A stretch of DNA of 64,000 nt from Minisyncoccia bacterium (GTDB lineage Bacteria; Patescibacteriota; Minisyncoccia; Phycocordibacterales; CAIZLB01): the NCBI GenBank assembly GCA_041752275.1, contig JBGSHK010000015.1, positions 641 to 64,640 on the forward strand, in the 5' to 3' direction. Made by a program: the position numbers and the translations under genes. Below are positions 27,598 through 35,564 of the stretch, in pieces. The notes below the pieces were generated by a model. The model did no database searches. It was not told the DNA's origin and saw only the letters and a list, made by a program, of their open reading frames with translations. Positions within the stretch are counted from its first letter, which is position 1. Every line of letters starts with the position of its first letter.

Positions 27598-28812
27598 ATG
27601 AATAACATATTTAAAACAATTATACGCTTTACAATAATACTAGTTTTTTTAGTTTTATTGGTTTTTTTAAGTATTGGATTATTTAAAATAATACCAGCAG
27701 GTATAAATCAACTCGCAACAGCAAGTTTATCCATAACAGGTTTAAATGAAAATTCAACAACAACAGAACTTGTTAATAGAAATAATCCAAATCAAAATAT
27801 AGCTTCAACTACAAATGGTTTAAATGGGGTTATACAAAGTACAGGAGATATTATTATAAGAGAAAATACTCCTACAACTACAACAGTTGTTCAACAACCA
27901 ACTAGAGTTATATACACTCAACCTAAAACTGTTTATTACCCTGCTCCACAACCTGTACTTACAGGACTTAAAAACATAAAAACAACTCTTTTGGCAGTTG
28001 GTATTGTAGACAGATATAGTGGACAATTTGTTTCAACAAACTCATACACAACAGATGATACAATAGTTGTTAAATATCAAATCTCAAACGGAGAAGATAC
28101 TGCAACAGGGCCATTTTCTATGCGTGTTGATATGCCAGCTCTTGGTATAAATGATAAAACAAAATATATAAATAACATAAATATACCCGGTAAAAGTTCT
28201 TATAGTGTAGAAGCTCGTTTTAACGGACTAGATACAAGTATAACTCCTGCTGTGAGAATATATACTGATGTAAACGGAAACGTTGCTGAGACAAATGAAA
28301 ATGATAACAATCTTTCTGTACCTTTGAACAACGTGGTAAATAATAATAATAATAATAATTACAATAATAACTGTAATTATTACAATAATTGTAATAACAA
28401 TAATTATGATTGTAATTATTATAACAACTGTAATGTAAATCAAGGACAGCCGAATCTAAATATAACTTCTGTACAAACAGGTAGATTTATAAGTGGGGTG
28501 TTCTATCCTCAAAATACTTTCTCTTTTGGAGATACAGTTTTTGTAAGATTGATAGTTAGAAATACTGGTGGATCATTTACAAATACATGGTCAACACGTA
28601 CTACATATTATGACAATAATAATTCTTTCAGAGAAAAAACAACTAACAATGAAAGATACTTGTCAGCTGGTGAAGAAACAACTCTTACATATAGTATAGA
28701 AAATGTGCGTACAGGTAACACAACATTCAACATTCAAATAGATTCAAATAATAATGTGTTTGAGACAAATGAAAATGATAACGGTGCAAGTGTGAATGTT
28801 TATAGGAATTAA
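27598..28812 (+). CDS. Membrane-anchored surface protein with two CARDB-like domains separated by an Asn/Cys/Tyr-rich low-complexity linker
   Basis: N-terminal TM helix; domain ends VNGNVAETNENDNNLSV and NNNVFETNENDNGASV (CARDB E.NE.N signature). The start is set at the in-frame ATG behind the promoter, not the overlapping ORF-track start at 27445. Confidence 0.5.
   Translation: MNNIFKTIIRFTIILVFLVLLVFLSIGLFKIIPAGINQLATASLSITGLNENSTTTELVNRNNPNQNIASTTNGLNGVIQSTGDIIIRENTPTTTTVVQQPTRVIYTQPKTVYYPAPQPVLTGLKNIKTTLLAVGIVDRYSGQFVSTNSYTTDDTIVVKYQISNGEDTATGPFSMRVDMPALGINDKTKYINNINIPGKSSYSVEARFNGLDTSITPAVRIYTDVNGNVAETNENDNNLSVPLNNVVNNNNNNNYNNNCNYYNNCNNNNYDCNYYNNCNVNQGQPNLNITSVQTGRFISGVFYPQNTFSFGDTVFVRLIVRNTGGSFTNTWSTRTTYYDNNNSFREKTTNNERYLSAGEETTLTYSIENVRTGNTTFNIQIDSNNNVFETNENDNGASVNVYRN
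28320..28440 (+). repeat. AAT/TGT-rich simple-sequence DNA encoding NNNNNNNYNNNCNYYNNCNNNNYDCNYYNNCNVN
   Basis: Visible trinucleotide-like repetition inside the CARDB protein gene. Confidence 0.6.
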
Positions 28813-28857
28813 TATAAATTATCACTCTTCGCTCGATTCTGGTCCACTAAAGTGAAA

Positions 28858-28900
28858 TAAAAAAATAACAGTATCTTCTTGAGATATCTGTTATTTTTTT
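28858..28900. terminator. Bidirectional intrinsic terminator between the CARDB gene and trpS
   Basis: Hairpin AACAGTATCT...AGATATCTGTT flanked by A8 and T8 runs. Confidence 0.65.
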
Positions 28901-28913
28901 ATTGAGCTTTACT

Positions 28914-29972
28914 TTATCCAAAATAATCAATCTTCATAACTTTTTTCATCTCATCCATGTTTTTCTTTGCTTGCTTTTGAACTTTTTTAGTTCCAGCTTC
29001 TACTATTTTCAATATAGCTTTTTTATCTTTCTCAAGCTTATGGCGACGTTCACGTATGGGAGTTATCAAATCTTGTAATACTTGTATCAGTCTTTTTTTC
29101 AAAACCACATCCCCTAGTCCACCTTTTCTATATTGTTTTTTTAATTCATCTATTTCTGATTTTCTATCATCAAATATGTCAAGATAACTAAACACAACAT
29201 TACCTTCAACTTTTCCAGGATCTTCCACTTTTATATGAGACGGATCTGTGTACATGCTCATAACTTTTTTTGCGATCACATCATCTTCGTCGGATAGATA
29301 AATTGCATTGTTTAATGATTTAGATGCTTTGGCTTGACCGTCTATACCAATCAATCTTTGTGTTTCTGAAAGTAGTGGTTTTAATTCTGTAAAATATTCT
29401 CCATAGATAGAGTTAAATTTTCTTACAATTTCGTTTGCTTGTTCTATTTGAGGAAGTTGATCATCCCCCACTGGTATAATATTTGATTTCAAAAATAACA
29501 TGTCAGCAGCTTGACTCACTGGGTATGATAAAAATCCAGCTGGTACATCTTCACCAAATCCTTTTTGTTTCATTTCTGATTTTACAGTTGGATTTCTTTT
29601 TAGACGAGCAACTGTTACTAAGTTTAAAAATATAACTGTCATCTCTGCAATCTCTGGTATTTGAGATTGTATAAAGTAAGTTGTTTTTTTAGGATCAACA
29701 CCACAAGCCATATTGTCGAGTATAACTTCGATAACGTTTTCAAAAACCTTCTCAGGGTTTGATGCATTGTCTGTTAGAGCTTGGATGTCAGCGATCATAT
29801 AGAATGATTCATCTGCTGTTTTTTGTAATCCGATACGGTTTTTTATAGAGCCAACATAATGTCCAAGATGAAGTCTTCCTGTTGGTCGGTCTCCGGTTAT
29901 TGCGATGGTTTTGGTTTTCATATGGGTTAATAGTACCTTATTGTGGGAGGGTTGAGCAAGATAAAACCGCAC
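28914..29972 (-). CDS. trpS: Tryptophanyl-tRNA synthetase (class I; assignment over TyrRS based on size)
   Basis: HIGH-type motif TGDRPTGRLHLGHYVG and KMSKS-type KASKS; 352 aa. Confidence 0.7.
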   Translation of the reverse strand: MRFYLAQPSHNKVLLTHMKTKTIAITGDRPTGRLHLGHYVGSIKNRIGLQKTADESFYMIADIQALTDNASNPEKVFENVIEVILDNMACGVDPKKTTYFIQSQIPEIAEMTVIFLNLVTVARLKRNPTVKSEMKQKGFGEDVPAGFLSYPVSQAADMLFLKSNIIPVGDDQLPQIEQANEIVRKFNSIYGEYFTELKPLLSETQRLIGIDGQAKASKSLNNAIYLSDEDDVIAKKVMSMYTDPSHIKVEDPGKVEGNVVFSYLDIFDDRKSEIDELKKQYRKGGLGDVVLKKRLIQVLQDLITPIRERRHKLEKDKKAILKIVEAGTKKVQKQAKKNMDEMKKVMKIDYFG

Positions 29973-29985
29973 CTCTCTTTCGAGA

Positions 29986-30012
29986 GTATGCGGAATATTG
30001 GAAAATAGTCAG
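29986..30012 (-). other. Compound hairpin CCGCA-C-CTCTC-TTTC-GAGAG-TA-TGCGG between the 174-aa gene and trpS; possible terminator or attenuator
   Basis: Two nested 5-bp stems in a 43-nt intergenic spacer. Confidence 0.4.
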
Positions 30013-30015
30013 TGA

Positions 30016-30540
30016 CTACTTTCTGGGTTTAGTGAAAACAAATTCATGACTTGCGCTAAGCAAAAACGGTTTTATTTCAACCGGATATATTTGCAATCCT
30101 CTCTGCATTGCTGAACTACTGGAGAGTCCAAAAATACGATTTAAAATCGGGTGTGTTGCAACTTGAAGTTCATCTGCGTTTGATTGTTCTAAATATTCCA
30201 ATCGGACCCTGAAAGCAGTCTCAGGAACACAAAGCTTCAAACCTAATTCAAAAGCAGTGTCACAAAACTCAAGATACCTTGCATGAGTCACGTTCGGCAA
30301 AAGATCTTTGATAGAAACCTTAACCAAATCAACCTCACCGAAATCTAGATCAGCAAGAAAGTCTGGGTGGGACATCATCCCGTAGAGTTCATTACGAACA
30401 CCTGGATAGATTCCAATGTTAGGACGATTTCGACAAGCTTTCGTAAAATCATCAGGTGTACGAAGATCTTCTGTACCAAGCCGCATCGTTTTCCAAATAT
30501 CAAAGTCAGAATGTATTGTAGATTCTTTTTTTGTTTTCAT
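30016..30540 (-). CDS. Hypothetical protein on a moderately GC-elevated (~40%) segment
   Basis: 174-aa ORF, no recognisable motifs. Confidence 0.4.
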   Translation of the reverse strand: MKTKKESTIHSDFDIWKTMRLGTEDLRTPDDFTKACRNRPNIGIYPGVRNELYGMMSHPDFLADLDFGEVDLVKVSIKDLLPNVTHARYLEFCDTAFELGLKLCVPETAFRVRLEYLEQSNADELQVATHPILNRIFGLSSSSAMQRGLQIYPVEIKPFLLSASHEFVFTKPRK

Positions 30541-30666
30541 TGTTTAAAAGTATTGAAATTATTGAATGTTTGACCTATTAATTATACATTATTTATACAA
30601 ATTGTCAATTTTTTATATTATTTAAAACTACAAAAACTTATCCACAATTTTATATTTGCAAAATAT

Positions 30667-30695
30667 TTGACAGGTGAACTCTAGTTCACTATACT
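30667..30695 (+). promoter_or_regulatory. Promoter TTGACA-17-TATACT with an SOS box in the spacer; ATG of the first ORF 7 nt downstream
   Basis: -35 at 30667-30672, -10 at 30690-30695. Confidence 0.55.
30674..30689. promoter_or_regulatory. LexA operator (Cheo-box type GAAC-N4-GTTC): GTGAACTCTAGTTCAC
   Basis: Perfect 6-4-6 palindrome matching the Gram-positive-type SOS box core, placed in the promoter spacer directly upstream of the lexA operon. Confidence 0.6.
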
Positions 30696-30701
30696 ATAAA
30701 C

Positions 30702-30902
30702 ATGACTAAATATAAAACAATAACAACAATAGAAAAAGAAATTAACAAAGTAAACGATGAGATCGACATGAAGATCATCCAAGGTCTAGCCTACAAAGCT
30801 GAGGCAAGAAGACACAAGATGCTTCTTGAAAAACTTCGTCGAGATACTCGTCCTACATGGCAATATCGCCTATCACGCATGGTAACTTCATTCTTGCTAT
30901 AA
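30702..30902 (+). CDS. Small basic protein co-transcribed upstream of lexA, hypothetical
   Basis: 66-aa ORF starting at the predicted transcription start (leaderless) and ending 12 nt before lexA. Confidence 0.35.
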   Translation: MTKYKTITTIEKEINKVNDEIDMKIIQGLAYKAEARRHKMLLEKLRRDTRPTWQYRLSRMVTSFLL

Positions 30903-30914
30903 TAACCACCAAGT

Positions 30915-31481
30915 ATGATACAAGATTACCAAAAAAAGATATTGTCATTTTATGAGACTTATAAGCGTATGCCTGGCTATGCTGAGATAATGAAGCTTAC
31001 TGGTTTCAAGTCGAAGAATGCTGTTTATAAGTTGATAAACAAGTTAGTTGATCTTGGAGTTCTTAACAAAGACTCTCAAGGGAAAATTACCCTTGCCTCA
31101 AGTATGGATGAAGTTCCGTTCTTAGGATATGTTGAAGCTGGTCTCCCCTCTCTTGCTGAGGAGGATTTACTAGATACAATTGATCTAGATAAATATCTTA
31201 TCCCTCATAAAGAAAATAGTTATATCTTGGAAGTTAAAGGAGACTCTATGATAGAAGAAGGTATCAAAGAAGGTGATTATGTTATCGTTGAAAAAAAGTC
31301 AGATGCAAAAGACGGAGAGATAGTTATTGCTGAAGTTGATGGAGGGTATACAATGAAATTTTTAAAGAAAAAAGGAAATGTAATATTCCTAAGGCCTGCG
31401 AATAAAGATTTTAAAGATATATACCCCGCTGAGTCATTTGCTATTGTTGCTGTTGTTAAGGGGGTGATACGGAAGTATTAG
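30915..31481 (+). CDS. lexA: LexA repressor (wHTH + S24 peptidase)
   Basis: VEAGLPS cleavage-site region, Ser in VKGDSM, Lys in TMKFLKKKG; N-terminal winged helix. Confidence 0.85.
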   Translation: MIQDYQKKILSFYETYKRMPGYAEIMKLTGFKSKNAVYKLINKLVDLGVLNKDSQGKITLASSMDEVPFLGYVEAGLPSLAEEDLLDTIDLDKYLIPHKENSYILEVKGDSMIEEGIKEGDYVIVEKKSDAKDGEIVIAEVDGGYTMKFLKKKGNVIFLRPANKDFKDIYPAESFAIVAVVKGVIRKY

Positions 31482-31515
31482 TTTTATTGTAAATTTAGTT
31501 ATTATACAGAGAATC

Positions 31516-31542
31516 TAGTCCTAGCTTACAACTAGGTTTTTT
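31516..31542 (+). terminator. Intrinsic terminator after lexA (CCTAG-CTTACAA-CTAGG + T6)
   Basis: Hairpin followed by a T-run at 31537-31542. Confidence 0.55.
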
Positions 31543-31557
31543 GTTTGTTATTAAAAC

Positions 31558-31586
31558 TTGATTTTATATAATGAATATGTTATAAT
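31558..31586 (+). promoter_or_regulatory. Promoter TTGATT-17-TATAAT for the OMP-like gene, with palindrome GTTCAAGTGAAC at 31593-31604 in the leader
   Basis: -10 TATAAT at 31581-31586; ATG at 31613. Confidence 0.45.
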
Positions 31587-31612
31587 ATATAAGTTCAAGT
31601 GAACATTGTAAA

Positions 31613-32494
31613 ATGAAAAACATTAAGAAAATTGTTGTGGCGATTTTTATCGCCTTCACATCTATCACCTCAGCAGCAGTCAAGGTAACCCTAGACGGGC
31701 ACTTGAATGCGACTTACTTGTCGAACTCATTTCCCCATCAGGACAGCTTACACACCAACGATGTTGGTTATACAATCTGGCCAATCCTCACTGTAAAATC
31801 TGGAGACTTGTCTGTAATTCTTGCTGCTGATTTTGCAACAGTCGGCATCGAAGATTCAAATTGGGTCAAAAATGCATTCGTGCGTTACGACCTAACTGAG
31901 AATTGGCAGTTCAACGTCGGACGGATTCCAACCACATCCATTATGACAACAATGTCAGCAAGGACACTGGAAACGGTATCCTTTCAAGATTGGGGTTCAA
32001 CCGGTGTCTTTGCGTACGGTGCTCAAATGGTCTACAAAAAAGACCGCTGGACCACCATGTTTGACATCGTCGCTGACAGTGACCGTTCGTTCCAAGTTAG
32101 TGATAACTTCGACGGTATTGAGTTCGGTCTGCGGACCCAATACAAAATCGATGATCACTGGACCGTTGCAGGAAATCTACTTCTGGATTATGGCGACAAC
32201 GACATCTTCACGGCAGTTGATGTTGCCTACAGCAACGGACCTTTCGGATGGCACTTCGTCGGATTCTCGGACTTGAATGAATTTGTCGGTTGCTATACTC
32301 TAGCAACTTACAAGATTCTCCCATCACTGGAACTTCATGGCGGTTTCGATATCCGCGACGGACAAAATCCGAACACGGTCATCGGTACGAGGTACATCTT
32401 CGATGAAAAAATTGACTTCACTGTCGACTACCAAAATCGTCCAAACGATGGTGAAGAAAATGTCCTCGGTGTGCGACTTCGTCGGCGATTCTGA
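31613..32494 (+). CDS. Secreted beta-barrel outer-membrane-protein-like protein (C-terminal Phe), on a ~45% GC segment; likely horizontally acquired
   Basis: Signal peptide, alternating amphipathic beta-strand pattern, C-terminal ...LGVRLRRRF, GC well above the genome background. Confidence 0.4.
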   Translation: MKNIKKIVVAIFIAFTSITSAAVKVTLDGHLNATYLSNSFPHQDSLHTNDVGYTIWPILTVKSGDLSVILAADFATVGIEDSNWVKNAFVRYDLTENWQFNVGRIPTTSIMTTMSARTLETVSFQDWGSTGVFAYGAQMVYKKDRWTTMFDIVADSDRSFQVSDNFDGIEFGLRTQYKIDDHWTVAGNLLLDYGDNDIFTAVDVAYSNGPFGWHFVGFSDLNEFVGCYTLATYKILPSLELHGGFDIRDGQNPNTVIGTRYIFDEKIDFTVDYQNRPNDGEENVLGVRLRRRF

Positions 32495-32513
32495 CTCTAA
32501 AGATCAGAACCAT

Positions 32514-32552
32514 CACCGGTTCCCTTCACAGGGCGCCGGTGTTTTCTCTTTA
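32514..32552 (+). terminator. Intrinsic terminator CACCGG-16nt-CCGGTG + T-run
   Basis: 6-bp GC stem followed by TTTTCTCTTTA. Confidence 0.55.
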
Positions 32553-32586
32553 TTTGACACCACCCCAAAACCTGCTAAACTATAGA

Positions 32587-33066
32587 TACAAATGGGTTGT
32601 CCCGTACGTCAGGATCATAAAGGTCCGGCTTAATCATTTCCAGATAATATTAATTATCTGGATTTGTATTTTAATAAAATCAATTTTTGAGATGTAGCCA
32701 ATATATTGATCAAGTCTTTTTGTATCCAAAACCCTAAGTTGGGAAAGCATTGCAGATTGCTCAGTATTCTTGAGTTTCACCTTAACATAATATTTATTAT
32801 CTTTATTTTTAGTACTCATAGGTATGCCCCAAAATATATTATTGTTAAACTTTTTAAAAACCAAGACTGGTCTTCGAAATATTTCCCCTTTACCGTTTTC
32901 CTCATCCCCTATGTTCTCACCTAAAGAACACCAATGAACCTCACCTTCTTTAATTTGAAGAAGTCTTTGTTTTTTATCTATAATTATTTTTGTTATTATC
33001 CAATCTATAAATTGTTTTATCATTTAGATATAATAAAACAAACACTCTAAAGTTCTCATAAAGAAA
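32587..33066 (-). repeat. Repeat copy A (~480 bp) carrying the intact MazF/PemK-like gene; its shorter partner is at 45877..46199
   Basis: Shared 5' end TACAAATGGGTT(G/A)TCCCG..., shared 3' end CTTCTCATAAAGAAAT, and ~80-90% identical interior by eye. Confidence 0.6.
32634..33023 (-). CDS. MazF/PemK-like endoribonuclease toxin-fold protein; no adjacent antitoxin ORF
   Basis: EGEVHWCSLGENIGDEENGKGEIFRRPVLVF and SQLRVLDTKRL resemble MazF/PemK motifs (G.V..V.F.P..G.E....RP..V; Q.R..D..RL). Confidence 0.5.
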   Translation of the reverse strand: MIKQFIDWIITKIIIDKKQRLLQIKEGEVHWCSLGENIGDEENGKGEIFRRPVLVFKKFNNNIFWGIPMSTKNKDNKYYVKVKLKNTEQSAMLSQLRVLDTKRLDQYIGYISKIDFIKIQIQIINIIWK

Positions 33067-33085
33067 TTATCAAGATATGCCGAAG

Positions 33086-33124
33086 AAAAAATAAAAAACT
33101 GACTTCAGGATTACCTTTAGTCAG
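33086..33124 (-). terminator. Intrinsic terminator downstream of gyrB (CTGACT...AGTCAG + U-run on the minus strand)
   Basis: 6-bp stem at 33099-33124 preceded on + by AAAAAATAAAAAA. Confidence 0.55.
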
Positions 33125-33153
33125 CTTTCTATTATTAGATAAATAAACTTTAC

Positions 33154-35247
33154 CTACACATCCAGTCTCGCCGCCCTCGCATTTGACTGTATGAAACTCT
33201 TTCTTGAAGGAACATCTGTTCCCATCAGAACGTCGATCACGCGATCTGTGGCCACAATGTCATCTATGTTCACCTGCTTCAAGACTCTTTTTGCTGGATC
33301 CATAGTTGTCTCACCCAATTCATCAGCATTCATTTCACCAAGACCTTTATATCTTTGTATAAATGGTTTCTTCATTGTTTTTGTTTTTGAAGCTGTTTCT
33401 TCCTCTTCATTTTCCTCTTCTACATTATCCTCTTCCTCTCCTTCCTTTATCTCGCTGTTCGCTTGTTCATACCCAATCTTTTTAAAATAAGCATCTTTCT
33501 CTGCATCTGAATAATAATAACCAACTTCCTTTCCATACTTGATCTTATATAGTGGTGGTTGAGCTACATATATAAACCCTCCTTCTATAAGTGGTCTGAA
33601 ATATCTATACAACAAAGTTAATATCAAAGTTCTGATATGTGCCCCGTCAACGTCGGCATCAGTTGCAATGATAACTTTATGGTATCGAAGTTTACTGATA
33701 TCAAAAACATCCCCAATAGCAGTTCCAAGTGCTATCACAAGATTTCTCACCTGTTCTGATGCAAGGATCTTATCAAGTCTCGCTCTTTCAATGTTTAAAA
33801 TCTTTCCTCTTAGTGGTAACACAGCTTGTGTCTTTCTGTTTCTACCTTGAACTGCAGTACCTCCCGCTGAGTCTCCCTCCACAATAAATAGCTCTGACTC
33901 TTCTGCTTTTCTACTTTGACAATCAGAAAGTTTTCCAGGAAGTGTCATACCTTCAAGTGCACCTTTTCTTAAAATAGAGTCTTTAGCAGCTTTTGCAGCT
34001 TTACGTGCACGTACCGCAAGAACAACTTTGCTTATAATAGCTTTTGCATCGTCCGGATTTTCTTCCAAAAAAGATGTAAATGCTTCACCAAAAATACTTG
34101 ACACAGCAGACTGTGCTTCCGTTGATCCAAGTTTTGATTTTGTCTGTCCTTCAAATTGTATCTCTTGTAACTTTACAGAAACAACAGCGCATAAACCTTC
34201 AAGAACATCGTCTCCTGTAAATGATTCATCATCTTTTACCAAGTTACTTTTCTTTGCATATGTGTTTAGTATACGAGTTAATGCTGTTTTAAAACCTGTA
34301 ACATGAGTTCCACCTTCTAAGGTATATATATTGTTAGCAAATGCTACAAGTCTTGGATTCATGTCGTCAGTGTATTGAAGTGCAACTTCAACTCCAACGT
34401 TTACACCTTCTGCACCTTTGTCTTTTGATATATAATCTTTTTCAATATAGAAAACATTTTTATGTATAACTTTTTGAGTTTGATTGTAAAAAGAAACAAG
34501 AGAAGAAAGCCCTCCTTCAAAATAAAATGAAACGGAAGGAGCTACAATATTTTCATCATATATATACACAGAATCATCAAGAAGTGATTTTACCTGCTTT
34601 TCATTCATACCTGATTCTCTCAAATCAATAATGTTAATAGTTAAACCTTTAACAAGATATGCTTGTTGTCTAAAACGAGATACTATTTTTTGCCAATCAT
34701 ATTCTATACCTTCTTTGAAAATAGTCTCATCTGGCTTCCATGTAACTATAGTTCCATGCAACTTTGATGTACCAACTTTTTTAAGTGCATATTTTGGTTT
34801 ACCAATCTCATATTCTTGTATGAACTTTGAACCATTTTGATGAACTTCAACACGGGTATGTATAGATAATGCGTTAACTACTGATGCTCCCACACCGTGC
34901 AAACCTCCTGATACTTTATAACCCTCACCTCCAAACTTTCCTCCGGCATGCAAAACTGTCATGATAGTTTCCACCGCAGACACTTTAGTTTTAGGATGTA
35001 AACCTGTTGGCATACCACGACCGTTGTCGACTATACGTATGTAACCATCTGGAAGTAAAGATACTTCTATACGGTTAGCAAAACCACCCATAGCTTCATC
35101 ACGACAGTTGTCAAAAATCTCCCATATAAGTTGATGTAAACCTTCAGGTCCTGTAGTACCAATGTACATACCCGGACGCTTTCTAACAGGCTCTAGACCC
35201 TCTAAAACTTGTATTGAATCTGCATCATATTCTTTTTGTTTTGCCAT
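33154..35247 (-). CDS. gyrB: DNA gyrase subunit B (with an acidic insertion near the C-terminus)
   Basis: GHKL ATPase, TOPRIM and C-terminal domains, ~697 aa. A GyrB/ParE distinction cannot be proven from sequence alone. Confidence 0.85.
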   Translation of the reverse strand: MAKQKEYDADSIQVLEGLEPVRKRPGMYIGTTGPEGLHQLIWEIFDNCRDEAMGGFANRIEVSLLPDGYIRIVDNGRGMPTGLHPKTKVSAVETIMTVLHAGGKFGGEGYKVSGGLHGVGASVVNALSIHTRVEVHQNGSKFIQEYEIGKPKYALKKVGTSKLHGTIVTWKPDETIFKEGIEYDWQKIVSRFRQQAYLVKGLTINIIDLRESGMNEKQVKSLLDDSVYIYDENIVAPSVSFYFEGGLSSLVSFYNQTQKVIHKNVFYIEKDYISKDKGAEGVNVGVEVALQYTDDMNPRLVAFANNIYTLEGGTHVTGFKTALTRILNTYAKKSNLVKDDESFTGDDVLEGLCAVVSVKLQEIQFEGQTKSKLGSTEAQSAVSSIFGEAFTSFLEENPDDAKAIISKVVLAVRARKAAKAAKDSILRKGALEGMTLPGKLSDCQSRKAEESELFIVEGDSAGGTAVQGRNRKTQAVLPLRGKILNIERARLDKILASEQVRNLVIALGTAIGDVFDISKLRYHKVIIATDADVDGAHIRTLILTLLYRYFRPLIEGGFIYVAQPPLYKIKYGKEVGYYYSDAEKDAYFKKIGYEQANSEIKEGEEEDNVEEENEEEETASKTKTMKKPFIQRYKGLGEMNADELGETTMDPAKRVLKQVNIDDIVATDRVIDVLMGTDVPSRKSFIQSNARAARLDV

Positions 35248-35255
35248 ATTGGTAG

Positions 35256-35264
35256 ATTATATCA
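35256..35264 (-). promoter_or_regulatory. Extended -10 (TGATATAAT on the minus strand) 8 nt upstream of the gyrB ATG
   Basis: Forward ATTATATCA at 35256-35264. Confidence 0.4.
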
Positions 35265-35292
35265 TATTTTAGGGTTTTTTGGATAGAGTTTT

Positions 35293-35553
35293 TTAGGGGT
35301 TTTGTGGTGGAGTTTTGATCAAAGTCTGCTTTTCTTTTCTCGTCAACTTTTTAAGTTCGCACTCTCTCTTCATAGCCTCACTCCTAGTCTCAAAACTCTC
35401 ACTATAAACAAGTTTAACTGGTCGGCGAATACTTGTGTATTTTGCTCCGAGTTTTGATGTGTTGTGAGTTATAACTCTTTTTTGTATATCTGTGGTCCAA
35501 CCTGTGTATAGTGTTTTATCCGCGCATTCGAGTATGTAGATATGATATTGCAT
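35293..35553 (-). CDS. GIY-YIG nuclease-family protein (UPF0213-like)
   Basis: YIYILECADKTLYTGWTTDIQKRVITHN GIY-YIG core. Confidence 0.7.
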   Translation of the reverse strand: MQYHIYILECADKTLYTGWTTDIQKRVITHNTSKLGAKYTSIRRPVKLVYSESFETRSEAMKRECELKKLTRKEKQTLIKTPPQNP

Positions 35554-35564
35554 ATATAAAATGA

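Noticed and set aside
28320-28440. Possible CRISPR or tandem repeat array
   Set aside because: It is coding simple-sequence (AAT/TGT) inside a CARDB-protein gene, with no repeat-spacer periodicity. No CRISPR array or cas gene was seen anywhere in the window.
31593-31604. GTTCAAGTGAAC palindrome as a second LexA box
   Set aside because: Its half-sites are in the opposite arrangement (GTTC-N4-GAAC) to the LexA/Cheo box (GAAC-N4-GTTC) and are not equivalent, so it was kept only as a note in the OMP-like gene leader. A similar motif, GTTCGAGAAC, occurs at 13160-13169.
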